Shown here one piece after another: positions 24,533 to 38,200 of a stretch of DNA of 64,000 bases (the stretch's first letter is position 1; the number at the start of each line of letters is the position of its first letter). The notes under the pieces are model-generated. The model saw nothing but the letters and a program-made list of their open reading frames with translations. It was not told the DNA's origin and ran no database searches. A program made the position numbers and the translations under genes. This DNA is from Octopus sinensis (Eukaryota): the NCBI RefSeq assembly GCF_006345805.1, contig NC_043016.1, positions 20,398,001 through 20,462,000 of the forward strand. Reading direction: 5' to 3'.

Positions 24533-24680
24533 GTCGAGCTGGCAAAATCTTTAAGTGCGTCGGATAAAATGCTAAGCGGCATTTCTTCCGGCTCTTTACA
24601 TTTTAAGTTCAAATCCGCCTTTAATCCTTTTAGGGGGTTGGTGAAATAAAGCACTAGTGAAATATTGAGGTCGATGCTAT
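24533..24680 (+). mobile_element. tRNA-derived SINE, degenerate
   Basis: gagctggcaaaatc...aaaatgctaagcggcatttc...agttcaaatccgcc, homologous to 41740-41957. Confidence 0.55.
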
Positions 24681-24970
24681 CAAAATTGCTGGGCAAAATG
24701 CAAAAGAATTATTGTTGATGTTTTGATAGGAATTTGTGGGGGGGGGGGCGTCATTACAAACCATTGCAGTTTTGCCTGTCACCTTTCAAACTGTTTAATA
24801 TTTTGTTTCTCTAGTACTCTATTATATTTTCTGAGTTATAAATCACTTTCCAACCACTGACAATATTAGTTACATTGACACTTTCTCAACTATTGATTTA
24901 AGTATTCGAAGTTAAATGCATGCATGGTCTGTTTTCCCAAACATGTCTGTGTCCACAAATAACTTCGTTG

Positions 24971-25028
<58 letters not shown>

Positions 25029-27080
25029 CACGTATGTGTGTGTGTTTAGTGTGTGCTTTATAAACGATAAACATAACCGGTGTTTAGAACTTCATTCGAA
25101 AGACATAGTCATGAAGAAAAATCAGGTTGTTTTTCTAAATATCTTGTGGAAGTTCTGCATTGACATTATTAATGCCCAGTACATATAGAAAACAAGAATG
25201 AATATAAAATTGTTATGTTTATTCAATACATTCTTACTTACGTTTCATTAATAAAAAATACCTTATGCGAGGAATTACCTCTCAATCAGATTGCATCATC
25301 AAATCATCAAAGATTGTACAGCAAATGACAAAAGTAACCTTAAGCTATGTTATAACAGTTTAGTAGATTCGGGTTTTTACAGACTTAATTCAGCGGTGAA
25401 ATAGATTTACAGGATTAGTTAACTGAGAGCTGGATTATTTGATCTGGCTCTACTCTCCCAAACAAACCCAACTACAATATTTAGATTTTAGTTTCCATGC
25501 TTATTTATAGACTGTTATAGTTGTTGTTTTACATGAAGCTGTTATGCCAAATTCCAGTAGTTAGTGTGTGAAAAGAGAAAATGTTATGTGTTCATGCTTG
25601 GCAAGAGGAGAAAATGTTATGTTGGACAAGATTAGAAAATGTTAAGTCTTAGTGCTTGGTGAAAGGTGATCTTTTTACATTATATCAGAATGGCATCATG
25701 GGTACGTGCAAACCAAGAAAACCTCTATAAGTCTTCTTTCTCCTCTGCAGTCCTTGGCATTGTACTTCCCATGCATCTCAATTTATAACCATGATTTGAC
25801 ATTATACTGCTTGGAATTTTCTATTAATCTACCTCCCACTAATAAACGCATCAGAATGACAACTGGCTGAAATATGGGTCAAATCACCTGATAAGGACTG
25901 TCATTGCCAAACATGGAAACTGATATGCTGTGGCCTTTGCTCTGTACAGAACTAAATGGGTTCAAAATGCTGAGTACTTCAAAAAGATCGAGAATTTATT
26001 TGAATACCTAAGCAGTAAGAGTAGAGGGTTTCTTATCAACAGAAAAGATGCTATGTTCAATTGCCATACAGTCTGTCAGAAATATAGAGATATGAGATGC
26101 TTACTTCTACACATACACTAGTCCATATAACTTGATATACATGTTCATATGTCTTTGTTTTGATATAAAGACACATATATAGACCAATACATACATCTAC
26201 ATGTATAGGTAATATACCCATACCTCTACATATGCACACATAAACTCACACGCCTTTACATTTATATACTTATATATCATCTTCTTTTAACCTCCATATC
26301 CCATGATGGCACAAGTTGGACAGTTTGACAGGATCCAGTGAGTCTAAGGATAGCATCATATTCCAATGGCTACTTCAGCATGGTCTCTACTGCTGGATGC
26401 CCTTCTTAATGCCTCCAACTTTACAGCGCGAACTGAGTTATGCGTTACTGACACTATTGAGTTTGCCATGCAGCTCACAAAACTACAAACCTTATGGGAG
26501 AAGATGTCAACATAGCGATATGGGATGGTGGCGGGTAAAAGTTTGAGGGACAGAGCAGATTCTTGTATAAAAGTTACAGGTTACTCACACTTAGAAGAGG
26601 AAGGAACGACTTATCAGCACAAGCTGTGAAGAGATAGTGGGGATAAGGTATCAAGGTGGCCCCTCAAGGCATGAGGTGAACAGAAATAGATGAGTGGGGA
26701 GCTTGCAGGAAATAAGGGGATGAGTAGGTGTAGTGCATGATAAGAGGTAGTTTGGTTCATTGATGGTGGGGGGATGTGAATCAATGTAACATATGAGTGG
26801 AGAGGACAATAAACACAGTGCTTCCAAAACTTACTTTCACTGAGGTGGACAGGTCTCTCCAAGAACCATATCACCAGGCATTGTAGGCTTGTCCCTGAAG
26901 CTCAACAACTTGAGATCAGCCCTCCCTACAAGTTCCATCTACTTCAAGTGATTGGCACTTCTTATACACCTCTCTTCATCTATATGCATCACATGACCAA
27001 ACCATAGCAGTCTTCTCTCTTACTGCTACATTTAATACCTCTTATGCCTAATTTTTTCTCTCAACACTTGTATTTTGTCC

Positions 27081-27830
27081 TACAAAGAGCATTCAAAAGT
27101 ATCTAATTTTATTTTTTCCTCCCAAAACTAATGCCACATGAGTAAAATCCATTGGGTGGGAGGTGATTCCACCTTTGTGGTACATACCTGAAAATTTTCA
27201 TGTTGGTAGGCCACCTCAGTTCCCAGCCATTATGCCTAGAATATGGACATGTAGTTCATGCTCATCAGATTTCTGTTCGTAGAAACACCGCCAGATCTGA
27301 CTGGCCTGGTGCAGCCTTCGGGCTTCCCAGACCCCAGTTGAACTGTCCAACCCATGCTAGCATGGAAAGCGGACGTTAAACGATGATGATGATGGTTTCA
27401 TGAAGTCTGGATCATAGTTTGCACAGTCCAGCATTTCCTGAATGATTTCTTTGCACAGTTGCTTCTGCTGCTTTGCCAGCACCTTGGGGGCTAATTTTGC
27501 CAATACCCTCCACATGCACAAATCCTCCATTAAAATGGAATACAATGTTCCTCTGCTTATTTCCACATCATGAACAATTTCCTGAATTATTACACAGCAG
27601 TCTTCCATGACTATTCACTAAACCTTCTCACTTGATTCTTCATTTCAGCTTGTGAATGGCATGCCTTGCTCTCCACTGAGGCGCAGCTATGTTTGAAGCT
27701 GTTATACTACTTCTTGGTCTCAGTTTTGTCCATGGTATCATTACCAAAGGCCTGCTGAATCTTCTAGATGGTTTGAGTTTGATGATACTGAAGTATCATC
27801 AAGCTTTTGGCAAAATTTGATGCAATATAT
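27081..27830 (-). mobile_element. Internally deleted mariner, interrupted by an RTE-tail insertion (27289-27393)
   Basis: IKFCQKL, EISRGTLYSILMEDLCMWRVLAKLAPKVL...DPDFMK (mariner HTH and WVP-linker region). A TIR-like end at 27081-27120. Confidence 0.7.
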
Positions 27831-27944
27831 CTACAATATTAAAATTTGATGCAATATCAATGCATTCAGTGAAAGCAAAAATCCAACAAGTACACACTAC
27901 CCATCTGTAGAGGTCAGATACTTCTTTAATGTATTTCATACATA

Positions 27945-28200
27945 CACACTGATGTTGCACATCCAGTGAAGCATACTAGTTTCATTCCTATCTAGTTTTC
28001 ACATGTCCTCTGCATTCAGGACCCATATCTCACTACCATATTCATATACAAGCACCTACTATCTGCCTTTCAATTTGAGAGAAAACTTTTGCTGCCAACA
28101 GAGGTAATAACTCTCTGAACTTTCCCCATCCTGTTCTTATTCTAGCAGCTATATTCTTTCAGAACATCGTCTTCCTCTGCTGATTGTGTCACCTAGGTAA
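27945..28200 (-). mobile_element. RTE LINE 3' ORF fragment
   Basis: Homologous to 2370-2640 (cctaggtgac…gctagaataagaac…ggaaagttcagagag). Confidence 0.65.
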
Positions 28201-29426
28201 CAAACTGTCTGCAACCTCTAAGGAGCTTCCTGAGCATTTGAGAAAATCTTATTCTCATGTGTCCTTCGCATTTATTGTTCCTGCATCTGTTACATATAAA
28301 TACTACTTTCTCTGTTTATGTGTCTATAGCTTGCATTGGATATACTGTATAGAATACCTTCCAACACCTTTCTCGTAAATATGTTGAAGACTGAGAGTGT
28401 GGCACTGATGAGGTCGTGAATAGCAATGAAAGGACAGAGAGAACTAACAATTCGTTAATTGTTCAATTAATACATTAATGAAATCAATGGATGGTCAGTT
28501 GGTAAAATAAAGAAGTGATATTGAATCAGTATGTGTGTGTTTATTTAATTTTTTATTGGCATAATGACCCTCCCTAAACACAAGGTTTGTTTCAACACAG
28601 GAATTCAAGAACCTTGCAGACCAAATGTAAGAATGAAGTATATATATATATATATAATTATTATTTGAGGAAATAAAATCCAAACTTACAGGGAAAAAAA
28701 TTCAAATTAGAAATACTAAATCAAATTTCACATAATATAATATATATATAAAAAATTAGAAAAAAAACAATTATATACGTTTTTATTTTTTTTTTTTTTG
28801 CAATTTACTTAATCATTGACATTTTATTGTTATTTTCATTTTGATATTTCTATTATATGTAATTTTCTTGATGGTGTAATTTAATTGTTCATTTTGAATT
28901 GATAAAAGGTGGTTTTTTTCTAATTTTTTATATATATATACACACACACATACATATGCAATTTTGCACACATACATAAGGTTGGAAAGAAAGACCTATC
29001 ACATTTCAAGATTGGAAACCAACAAATACTTCAAGTCAGCTTGAATCTTGCTTGCTTGCAATGTTACCCAGCCAAACTGGTGCATGATGGGAAAATACTA
29101 TGAATTAAGTTGCTCCTGAAATGTTGATATGAATGGAATAAAACAAGTTTCATGTAAATCGGACAAATGGTTTTTGAGATATTAGGGGGTTTCAGGCTAT
29201 AAATATCCAAAACGGTGCAGAATGGGGAAAATATTCCGAAAATAACTTTATCCTGAAAGGGAAGAAACTCTTACTTTTCAATTGGACAGTGATTTGACAA
29301 CAAAAAAATACTATTTGTTTTTTACAATAAATGTTTGTATTCTTGCTTTTGTTAAACACAATATTTTAATCATTTAGAAATATTTTTAAGTAAATTCGAT
29401 TTCAAAAATGTATGTTGTTTTTACAG

Positions 29427-30830
29427 TCATCATCATCATTGTTTAACGTCTGTTTTCCATGAGGACTGGCAAACCAGATGGCTGCACCAGGCTCCAATCT
29501 GATCTGGCAGAGTTTCTACAGCTGGATGCCCTTCCTAATGCCAACCACTCCGAGAGTGTAGTGGGTGCTTTTACATGCCACCGGCACGAGGGCTAGTACT
29601 GGCAACAGCCACGCTCAAATGGTGTTTTTTACATGCCACCTGCACAGGAGCCAGTCCAGCAGCACTAGCAACGACCTCACTCAAATGTTTTTTCACGTGC
29701 CACAGGCACAAGTGCTAGTAAGGCGGCGCTGGTAACAATCATGCTCGAATGGTGCATTTTACATGCCACCAGCACAGAAGCCAGTCAGCTGCTCTGGCAA
29801 CGATCATGCTCAGATGGTGCTCTTAGTGCTCCACTGGCACAGGTGCCAATCATCAAATTTGATTCGATTTTGATTTCACTTGCCTTAACAAGTATTCGCA
29901 AGCAGAGTTTAGTGTCCAATGAAGGAAAGGTACATATAAGTGGGCTGGTTACACCCCTGGCATAGGTCATGGTTTATTGTCTCACTTGGCTTGCCAGGTC
30001 CTCTCATGCACTGCATATTTCCGAAGGTCTCAGTCACTAGTCATTACCTCAGTGAGGCCTAATGTTCGAAGTGTAGTGGGTGCTTTTACATGCCTGGGAA
30101 GGCTTTGGCATTTATAAGCAGCCATCTTTCCCTTTTTCTGGCGAGGTTGCAGTCAATTTGGCTAGTGTGTCTGCCAGAACGGTAGGTGACTAGGTGACTG
30201 GCAGGTTTCCTGAAGTTAGTATTGCAAACCATAAGATCATTTGTGTCGCGGAACTCCAGCAGCCTGGTTCCTTCCTCATTGCGGGAACCAAAACTGTAGC
30301 CTCCATGTACGCCATGGAAGCCCTCTGTATGTTGTCCAACATGTCCATTGAAATCACCAGCCACAAAGAGAAGGTCCCTGTCATTCATCAACAATGTAGT
30401 CTGCAAGAGAGTTTCATAAAATCGGTCTTTCTGTCCATCAGGTAGCCCTGGCTGAGGGGCATAGGCCAAGATAATGGTTGCTAACCCATGATGAAGCACT
30501 AATCTAATCTTAAGTATTCTGTCACATACTCTGACTACCTCGATTACCTTATCCACCCATTTCTCCGCAAGAATTATACCCATGCCCCCTGACCCTGTCA
30601 GTGTTCCCTGCCCAGAAAATCTTGTACCTGTGTTCTTTACTTATGAGGAACCTAGCGGAACGCAGCACATATTGACACATATCCATTCAAGCATTTCAAG
30701 AATCTCACCAGACCTACCTTTCAGAGTGTCAACGTTGAGAGTACCAACCCCGATGGTGTTGGCCCGTGAGACCCTTGGACAGGGGACAGCAGCATCATGT
30801 ACCTGAAAAGAAAGCTCACATTTGGCAGAA
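29427..30830 (-). mobile_element. RTE LINE with the RT deleted: endonuclease joined to the 3' UTR/(GAT)n tail
   Basis: ORFs 30641-30892 and 30086-30583 (GTLNVDTLKGRSGEI, AYAPQ, AGDFNGHVG, NEEGTRLLEF, NTNFRK), followed directly by the 3' UTR at 29427-30070. Confidence 0.85.
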
Positions 30831-31701
30831 TTCATAAACAAACAATAGCCTTCAATCCAACCTTTATACACTACACCATCATATTTATGCACTATATAAT
30901 CACTACCTTACATGGGAGATAAGCCCTAAGTAGGGATGGGGATGGCATAAAGCCTTTAGAAGTGTTCGTGAGAGACAACCAAAGGATGACAGAGTATAGT
31001 ACTTCCGGTACAGGTGGAGGGGTGGGAGGGCTGGTGTACCATGAACTAGCAAATTTAGACGAGAGCATCTTCTGGTTATGTATTCTTTTGGCAGAGGTAT
31101 TAAAAAATCGAGTAGGGGACTCCAAGAGCATTGATAATAGTAAAATAAATTGAAAAATCTGAGAGTTTTCAGTCAGTCAATCTGTAACAAAATTAGAGAA
31201 ATAAGTGACTGTGTGATAAACTTGAATAAATGAATGTTGTGGTTAAGGATACGTGTGAACTAAGGTTATCTTAAGGCAACAACAAGGAAGACAAAACTAT
31301 TGAAACTATATTTATATGTTGACATGGTTATGAAATAGACAGAATAATGAAAAGAACTAATAAAGGGTTTATGATCTGTGCAGATATAGAAGAGTAGATG
31401 AACGAGGTTGAAAAGACAAAACTTCTTATCTGAGCATCTTCTGAGATTCGTATACTTCAGCAGAGGTATTTTGGTAATTATATTTAGCTTTCTTTAAACA
31501 GACAATATTTTTATGTTTTTTAAATTATTTTCAGGTGAATAATATTACAAAAATTTTTTTTGGCATATTTAAAAATATATTTTAAAGTAAAAATGACTTT
31601 AAAAACACAGTAAATATTCCATAAAAGACCCATTCATAAGCTTAGTGTGAAATGATATTTTTCCATAGGTTTTTTGGAGTGCATTCAACATATCCCACCT
31701 C

Positions 31702-31822
31702 AAAGGATTTGGCTGCTATTTCTAACACGTCCTGCTACCACATAACAGCTATTTGCAATAGAGGACCCCAAAATACCTGTTACATGGTAGCAGGGCGTGC
31801 AAGAAATAGCAGCCAAATCTTT
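31702..31822. repeat. ~120 nt hairpin with a ~43 bp stem
   Basis: gatttggctgctatttct-aacacgtcctgctacca-cataacag pairs with ctgttacatggtagcagggcgtgcaagaaatagcagccaaatc. Confidence 0.8.
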
Positions 31823-31939
31823 CCTTTTCTGGGGAAAGGAGCTGTTTACACATGATTTCAATATCACACTCGTTGAAAGCATGTAAAATAACCTGGAGAA
31901 GAAAAAAAACCCACGAAACAAAACTCCATTGCTGGTTCA

Positions 31940-32240
31940 CATACTTCTTCCATTGGTGTTATAGTGCTTGTATCCCATTAATGATGAAGCTTTCATCTTG
32001 TTGCTCAAAAATGTCATCAACAGCACATATGATGCCTTCATCACTCCGATACTGATTCCCAGCCTAGAGTTGGATTTATGTTGGGGAACTGATGATAGTC
32101 AGATGGGATAAAATGGGGAGAATAGGGAGAGTTATCAACCAATTGAAGGTCACTATCATGCACATCAGTCATTGAAATGAAGGATTTGTGTGCTGAGGCA
32201 TTGTCCTAAAAAACAAAACTCCTTTCATCAATTTTCTTGG
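31940..32240 (-). mobile_element. Mariner transposase C-terminal remnant
   Basis: GVLFFRDNASAHKS, SPYSP..IPSDYHQFPN and YRSDEGII.AVDDIFEQQDESF..NGIQAL.HQWKK. Confidence 0.75.
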
Positions 32241-32588
32241 GTGTTTGGTCTTGATAGCCTTTCATAATTACCCCAGCATAGTTAGCTTATGAACTTTTCT
32301 GCCCACGTTTGTACTTCATAATAGACAACACCCTTTGTATCCCACCAAACACAGTGCATAACTTTTTTTGGATGTAGTCCCAGTTTGAATATGGATTCTC
32401 CTTTTTTATTTGGTGCTACATACCACTTTCCTTGGATAATGGTACTACCACAATAACATCTTTATACATTTTTATTTTTATTTCTACATTCATTCTCGTA
32501 TTTCCCTATATACTCCTTATTTGCTTCCTTTTCTAAAATAACTCCATATTGAACACTAATATTTCCCTCTATTTAACAATCTAACATT

Positions 32589-32636
32589 GTCTCTGATGAA
32601 GAGATATCTCTAATATCCCAGAAACAACTGTAAGAC
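32589..32636 (+). ncRNA. Minimal type I hammerhead motif in a solo pLTR-like repeat
   Basis: gucu CUGAUGA a-gagauau...auauccc-a GAAA caacug UA agac, with stem I gucu/agac. Confidence 0.7.
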
Positions 32637-33559
32637 TTTCTCTTTATAAATGTCCTGAAAATCCCACACAGCCTTGGCTTTGTTGCCTCGTTTTAGTTAA
32701 CATATACATGTTCATACAAGACCCGCATTAGACTCCTCACTCATATCATTATCGGACTGAGAGTTTAACTACGGTCCTTCCGTAGCACTTACATAGCTGA
32801 AAGAGCTCTTTGTTGATCATAGATTCCGAGAGGTATTAGATGATGCTTATGATACTAGGGAAGAGAAGAAATAGACATACAAGACATACAATATAATATA
32901 GAACAAAATTGGCACTTCATACTAGACAATCATTAAGAGTTACACATCAGATCTGTGGCTGGTGCAAGATCCCAGCCAAATGCCAATTGGCATAGTGGTG
33001 GAGCAATACTATAGACAGGGCTATTGCAGTAAAGAGACAAATTATAAAGAACTGAAAGAAAAAGGATAACATAGAAAAATATTGAGTAGAAAGGAATTAT
33101 ACCTAGCAAGGGGAGAGGTAGAATTAGAGAAGTTTCAACATATTCCATATCATGGGGGTCAGAGACATGTAGTGTTGGACATTGTTAGACAGCATACTAT
33201 AGAACTTTGAGATGTTTGGAGGAAAAATATTTGAAATAAAAGTACATTTGCAGTTGCTGACAAGAAAGAGGTATGGAAGTGCTACTATGAGAGGTTGTTG
33301 AAAGCAGGGAATGCATGAGAAAGAGAGCATCTGTCCCATGTAGACTCAACAGAGAGACCAGTCATCTGGGTTGACAACAGTAATAAGAGATTTGAAAGTA
33401 GGGAAAGCAGCTAGGCTACCTGAGATAGTTGCCAAGATGCTTAAAATAACTAGTGAAGTGAAGCACATGATTTACTTAAAGAGTAAATCAGTTAATACTC
33501 TGAAACTGAGATCTTCAAATGAGATATCTTCTTTCTATATTTGTTCTTTATGTCTGATT

Positions 33560-34560
33560 TGCTGATTGATCCAGGAAGCATCACAACTGTGTTCTTAGGT
33601 GTTCAACCAGATTAGTTTCCAAAACTTTTGTCCTTCCACCTTGGTAGAAGCTTTTACAATTTTTCTTTAGAAGTCCTTAGGATTATTTCAGAACATCATT
33701 GTCCTTGAAAAAGTTGGATCTTTTCTTATACAGGCTGCTTTGGCTTGGACTGCTCACTTGATTTTTTTGGAATGTTTCATTGATTTCACTTATCCTTTCT
33801 GTCATATTTTCTTTTCAATATCTTAGCTTTACACTTTTTAACATTTTCTTTGCTTTTGATGACCTTGAGTATTTCAACATCAGACCTGAGTACATTAATT
33901 TTATTTCTAATTCTCTTTTGCCATACTGGTTTCCTGTTTATATATGAAGTCTTTCTCTTTACATGACTACCTCACAGTGCAGTGGCTATTTAAGCTGCTG
34001 CATAGAGTAGTTTATTCAGTGTGTAAGATCTTGCATTTATGTTACCTATTATTCTACCCTTTTGTTTTGAGTTGCAAATCTTGGGGAGATCATTTTGATT
34101 TCTCAGTTCAGTATGTTTGACCATCCCACTTGGTTAAAATGTTTGTTTTGAGATTGTCAAATTTAGTCTCTGTATTTCCACTTTGACCATAATCAGTTTC
34201 ATTTACATTAGTGTCAGGGGTAATTTCATCAATGATCTTGGTTTGCATATTTCTTGTAACCGTATACCACTTATACAGTGGAATAATGTCTTGCATTCTC
34301 ATTTGTATGACTATTGACCTGAATATATTTGAATCTGTTGGATAGCCAAGTCAATCAACAGTTAATCTTTATGATGTCCCTGTGAAGATTAGCAAATTTT
34401 TTGTTATATATATTTGATCTATTAATTGGATTATTCTTCCTATGTTTGGTCTGTATTAGATTTGCTTGGTGGAATGTACATTGCAGTATAATAGGTCTCT
34501 AGAATGTCCTTGTTTCTTCCCTAGTTAATTTTTGCCTTGTTTTGACATTATCCCCTTAAA
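33560..34560 (-). mobile_element. R4/Dong-like non-LTR element, N-terminal fragment (copy C)
   Basis: NKKFANLHRDIIK and LNKLLYAAA...KPVWQKRIRNKINVLRSDVEIL, typical of R4-clade N-termini. Confidence 0.55.
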
Positions 34561-34989
34561 GGAAGCGTTCGTGCCTGTGTTTTGGGGAAAGGATCAAACT
34601 GCTAGCTAACTTTTCAACTCCAAATTGGTTTGATACTGGGGAGGCAGTCCTGTCTTAATAAATATTGACCAATCCGGTATGCATTTTCTTTATTGGCCAT
34701 TTCTTGTATATTTGCATGTTGTCCTTATTGCCAAAAGGGTGCTTTTATAATGTTACATTCTAAGTTCAAATGCTATCAAAGTTGACTTTGCCTTCAATCC
34801 TTTCAGGGTCAATAGGTAAATATCAATTGAGCACTGGAGTTAATGTAATTGACGAGCCCCTTCTCCCAAAATTTCAGCGTTTGTGCCTATCATTATTATT
34901 AGTATCTCATATTCTCTCTCCACTTTTGATGTTCATCTGAGTTGTCTATTCATGCCTCAACTGCTTTATACAGCTTAGAAATGCAACCA

Positions 34990-36121
34990 TTGTGTTATCC
35001 CATAAATAATGTGGTTTTTTTCAGTTGCATGAACTTAAAGTTGGGGGGGGGGAATAAACTACCTGCATTAACTTGCTATAAAAGCAGGTGGTAATTTTAT
35101 GTTGTACTTATTCTTAGTGCAAGTTTTGAAGAGTGCAGTTTGATTTTAACAGTTATTTTTTCAAAGCTATAATGGAAGTGACAAAAGAGCATATTCAGCA
35201 TATTTTGCTTTATGAGTTCAATAAAGGCGACAACGCAACAGAAAGTGTGAGGAATATTAATGCAGTATATGGGGATTGGACAATAAGCGTAAGCCAATGT
35301 CAACAGTGGTTTCAGAAGTTAGATCCTAGAAGATGAGCTTCATCTTGAAAGATCTGTAGAGCTTGGCAAAGATGTCCTTCAAACCCTACTGAACCAAAAT
35401 CCCATTGTTACTGTTGAAAAGCTAGCAGAGAAGCTTGGATTTGGTCATTCAATCATTCATTGACACCTGTGTGCCATTGGAAAAGTCAGCAAATTGGGTT
35501 AATGGGTTCGTCACAAACTTTCCAAGTCTAATCGCATGCAGAGAATGAATGTGTGCTCTTCTTTGCTGTCACATCTCACAAATGAACTTTTTAGGGATCA
35601 AATAGTGACTGGTGACAAGAAATGGGTTCTCTATAAAAATGTCAAGCACTGAAGACAGTGGGTAGGGAAAGGAGAAACACTGGCACTCCTGGCTAAAGAA
35701 GGTCTTCACCCACATAAGGTGTTGTTATCTGTTTGGTGGGATATGAAATGTTTAGTCCACTTTGAACTTTTAAACCCAAACCAAATGATAACAAAGGAGA
35801 TCTACTGTGAGCAGCTTAAGTCGGTGCCAGAAGAAAAACAACCATCTTTGGTTTCAAAACAGGATAATACTTGGCCACATACAGTGAGGATGACATTCCA
35901 AAGGTTGGAGCAGTTTGAATGGGAAACGATGCCCCACCTACCTTATTCACCAGACATTGCCCTATCTGATTATCATTTACTCCACAGTCTTCAAAATCAT
36001 TTTGACTGAAATAATATGAATTCTGTAGATGAGATCAGAACAGTACTGGAGGAGTATTTTTTGTCACAGACAAGTGAATTTTGGAAGAGGGACCTTGCGA
36101 GTCTACCAGATAGACGAAAGC
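34990..36121 (+). mobile_element. Mariner (D,D34D) element, decayed, 3' end truncated
   Basis: ATG at 35172: MEVTKEHIQHILLYEFNKG..., VTGD.KW, LLSVWWD, QDN, PYSPDIALSDYHL; frameshifts and stops. Confidence 0.9.
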
Positions 36122-36649
36122 GTTTAGCCAATAAAATCACATGCACTATATATTTGGTGTTACTTTGCTTCAGTGTTATTTATTTTTTACATTAATCTTA
36201 ATTTTATTTCGGCCAGAGTTCTTTCATCACACTCCTGTGACCGCATCAGTGGTCCTTTGCTTTCTTCTTTCTTATTTGTGTGTCTCTCCTTACTAACGGT
36301 CAGCCATTTTGTATTTTGTATTTCTATTGTATGTGTCTTCATTTGCGCATGCGTATATCTCTATGTGTGTCTATGTTTAGTTAGTGGGGGGTGGGTGCCT
36401 GTAATATTGTAGAGCAAATGGTTAATTTTTTTCTTTACTATCACTAAACTAATACCCTGCCTTTGCCTTTCTCAATACTAAACTAAGCGGTATCAAACAT
36501 AGGACAAACATTAAAGGGGGTAACGAGTCTCCTTGGAAAATTCTTCTCTTGATATCAACTTTCCTTAGAGATGTATCAATTGACTAAATATCTACTTATC
36601 GTTTCTTCAAGTGATCGCTAATTAAATTTCTTATGTTCTCAGCAATACT

Positions 36650-38200
36650 GAATACACTCAATTATTCACTACTCCATGAGTGTAGAATCATGTCATAGGC
36701 TTTCTTATAATCTATCCATGCTATTGTTAAATTTTTCTTTCTAGATTTCACTTTCTTTAGAACTGCTTTGTCTAATGTACAATAGATCATGTGTTCCTCT
36801 AACCTTCTTCCTGCATCCCTTTGTTCTTTTGGAAATAAATTTTGGCTGTCAAGGTGCTCATAAATGTTTTCTGAAAGCCTTCCTGTTAACAGCTTCCTCA
36901 CTAACGGTAAGCAAGTGATTGGTCTATAATTACTAGCTATATTGCCATTGCTTTTGTCTTTCATAGGGAGTTGTGTTCTCTCTCTAGTCATCCAATTAGG
37001 TATGACTCCTCCATTAAGGTAATCTTGAAGTTGTTCCCTCAGTCTCCCATGTAACATACTAAATTTCTTTAACCAACACCCTTGAACTAAATCTGGTCCT
37101 CAGCCCTTCCATTTTGGCATTCTTCCTTACACTTAATGCACCAGCTAGTTTTAGATCTGGCTACTTCTTACTGACTACTTCTTCCCTCACTTTCTTTAGC
37201 TATGTTACACTTCCATTATGATTCTAAATATCACTCCAGAATTTTCTAGCTTTTTCTGCATTAGGCTTCTCATCTTCTACACTATTTATTTGGCAATAAA
37301 ATCTCCTCCAGTCTGTTTCAAACAATTCGTCCTGTTGATACTGATCTATTCTTTTTTGATATTTGAAAAGCTTACCTGCTATTACTACAAGACACATTTT
37401 CAGCTCATCTGTGACTGTCCCAAATCCTTTCTCTTTGACTAGATATTTTTTGTCAAGAAAAGATTTTAATCTTGTGTTTCCTAACTTGTCCTGCTCTATT
37501 CTAGCCAGATATTGTCTTAAAGTCTTCTCTTCATTTTCTAATTTCCTTTTCCACATCTACTCCTTCCTATTCTTTTCTTGAAGAATACCTATTCTTCTAG
37601 TAACTACTATTCCTCCTGCATAAATCAATAAGTTAGTGTCACATATATTTTTAGCTTCAATCCCACTGATAAGAGAATCTACTTGCCTTGTAATATCTAG
37701 CAACTTCCTTCTATTACCAGCCTTTTTAGCTGGTAATCTTTTCTTTCTTCTTTACTTATTACTTTCTGCAACTCATCTGAACTCTCCTGATCTTCCTCAT
37801 TTAAATCACTGGTGTCAATTTTTCCTTCCTGGTTGGTAGTGCTTGTGTTTTTTTCTTGTTGGCTCTTCATTGGCTTGGACTATATCACTTATACATCTTG
37901 CTTTTTCTTGGTTTGTGTTCTTTAACTGTTTGACTTTTTGATCCTTTTTAATTGTCTTGGGATATCTTCTATCTACAGTTCTGTCATCTACTTATTTCTC
38001 TTAACAGTATTAGACTGGTCCACCAGTCTTTTCTCTGTTATATCAAACATGCTTTTCTTTAACCAAAGTGCTAATATACGTTTTTTTTGGTACCACTTTG
38101 AGTTCACTTTCAAAGTAGCATTGAATCACTACCCTGTCCTCTTCTCTTGTCCATTTCATCCACATTACTCTATTATGTACTGCTGCTTAGAATTTGTTCT
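36650..38200 (-). mobile_element. R4/Dong-like element copy B: N-terminal region and first RT motifs
   Basis: ORFs 37224-37556 and 36662-37057 (SNYRPITCLPL.RKLLTG, KKNLTIAWIDYKKAYDMI.HSW). Confidence 0.85.

Noticed and set aside
9534-28440. Degenerate HHR cores at 9534-9568, 14008-14092 and 28402-28440 as functional ribozymes
   Set aside because: Core or stem II mutations (CUGUUGA, CAAA for GAAA, unpaired stem II); treated as fossils.
36207-36252. CUGAUGC...GAAA hammerhead-like word on minus
   Set aside because: A9 is replaced and no stem III/UH/stem I partner follows; counted only as a degenerate candidate.
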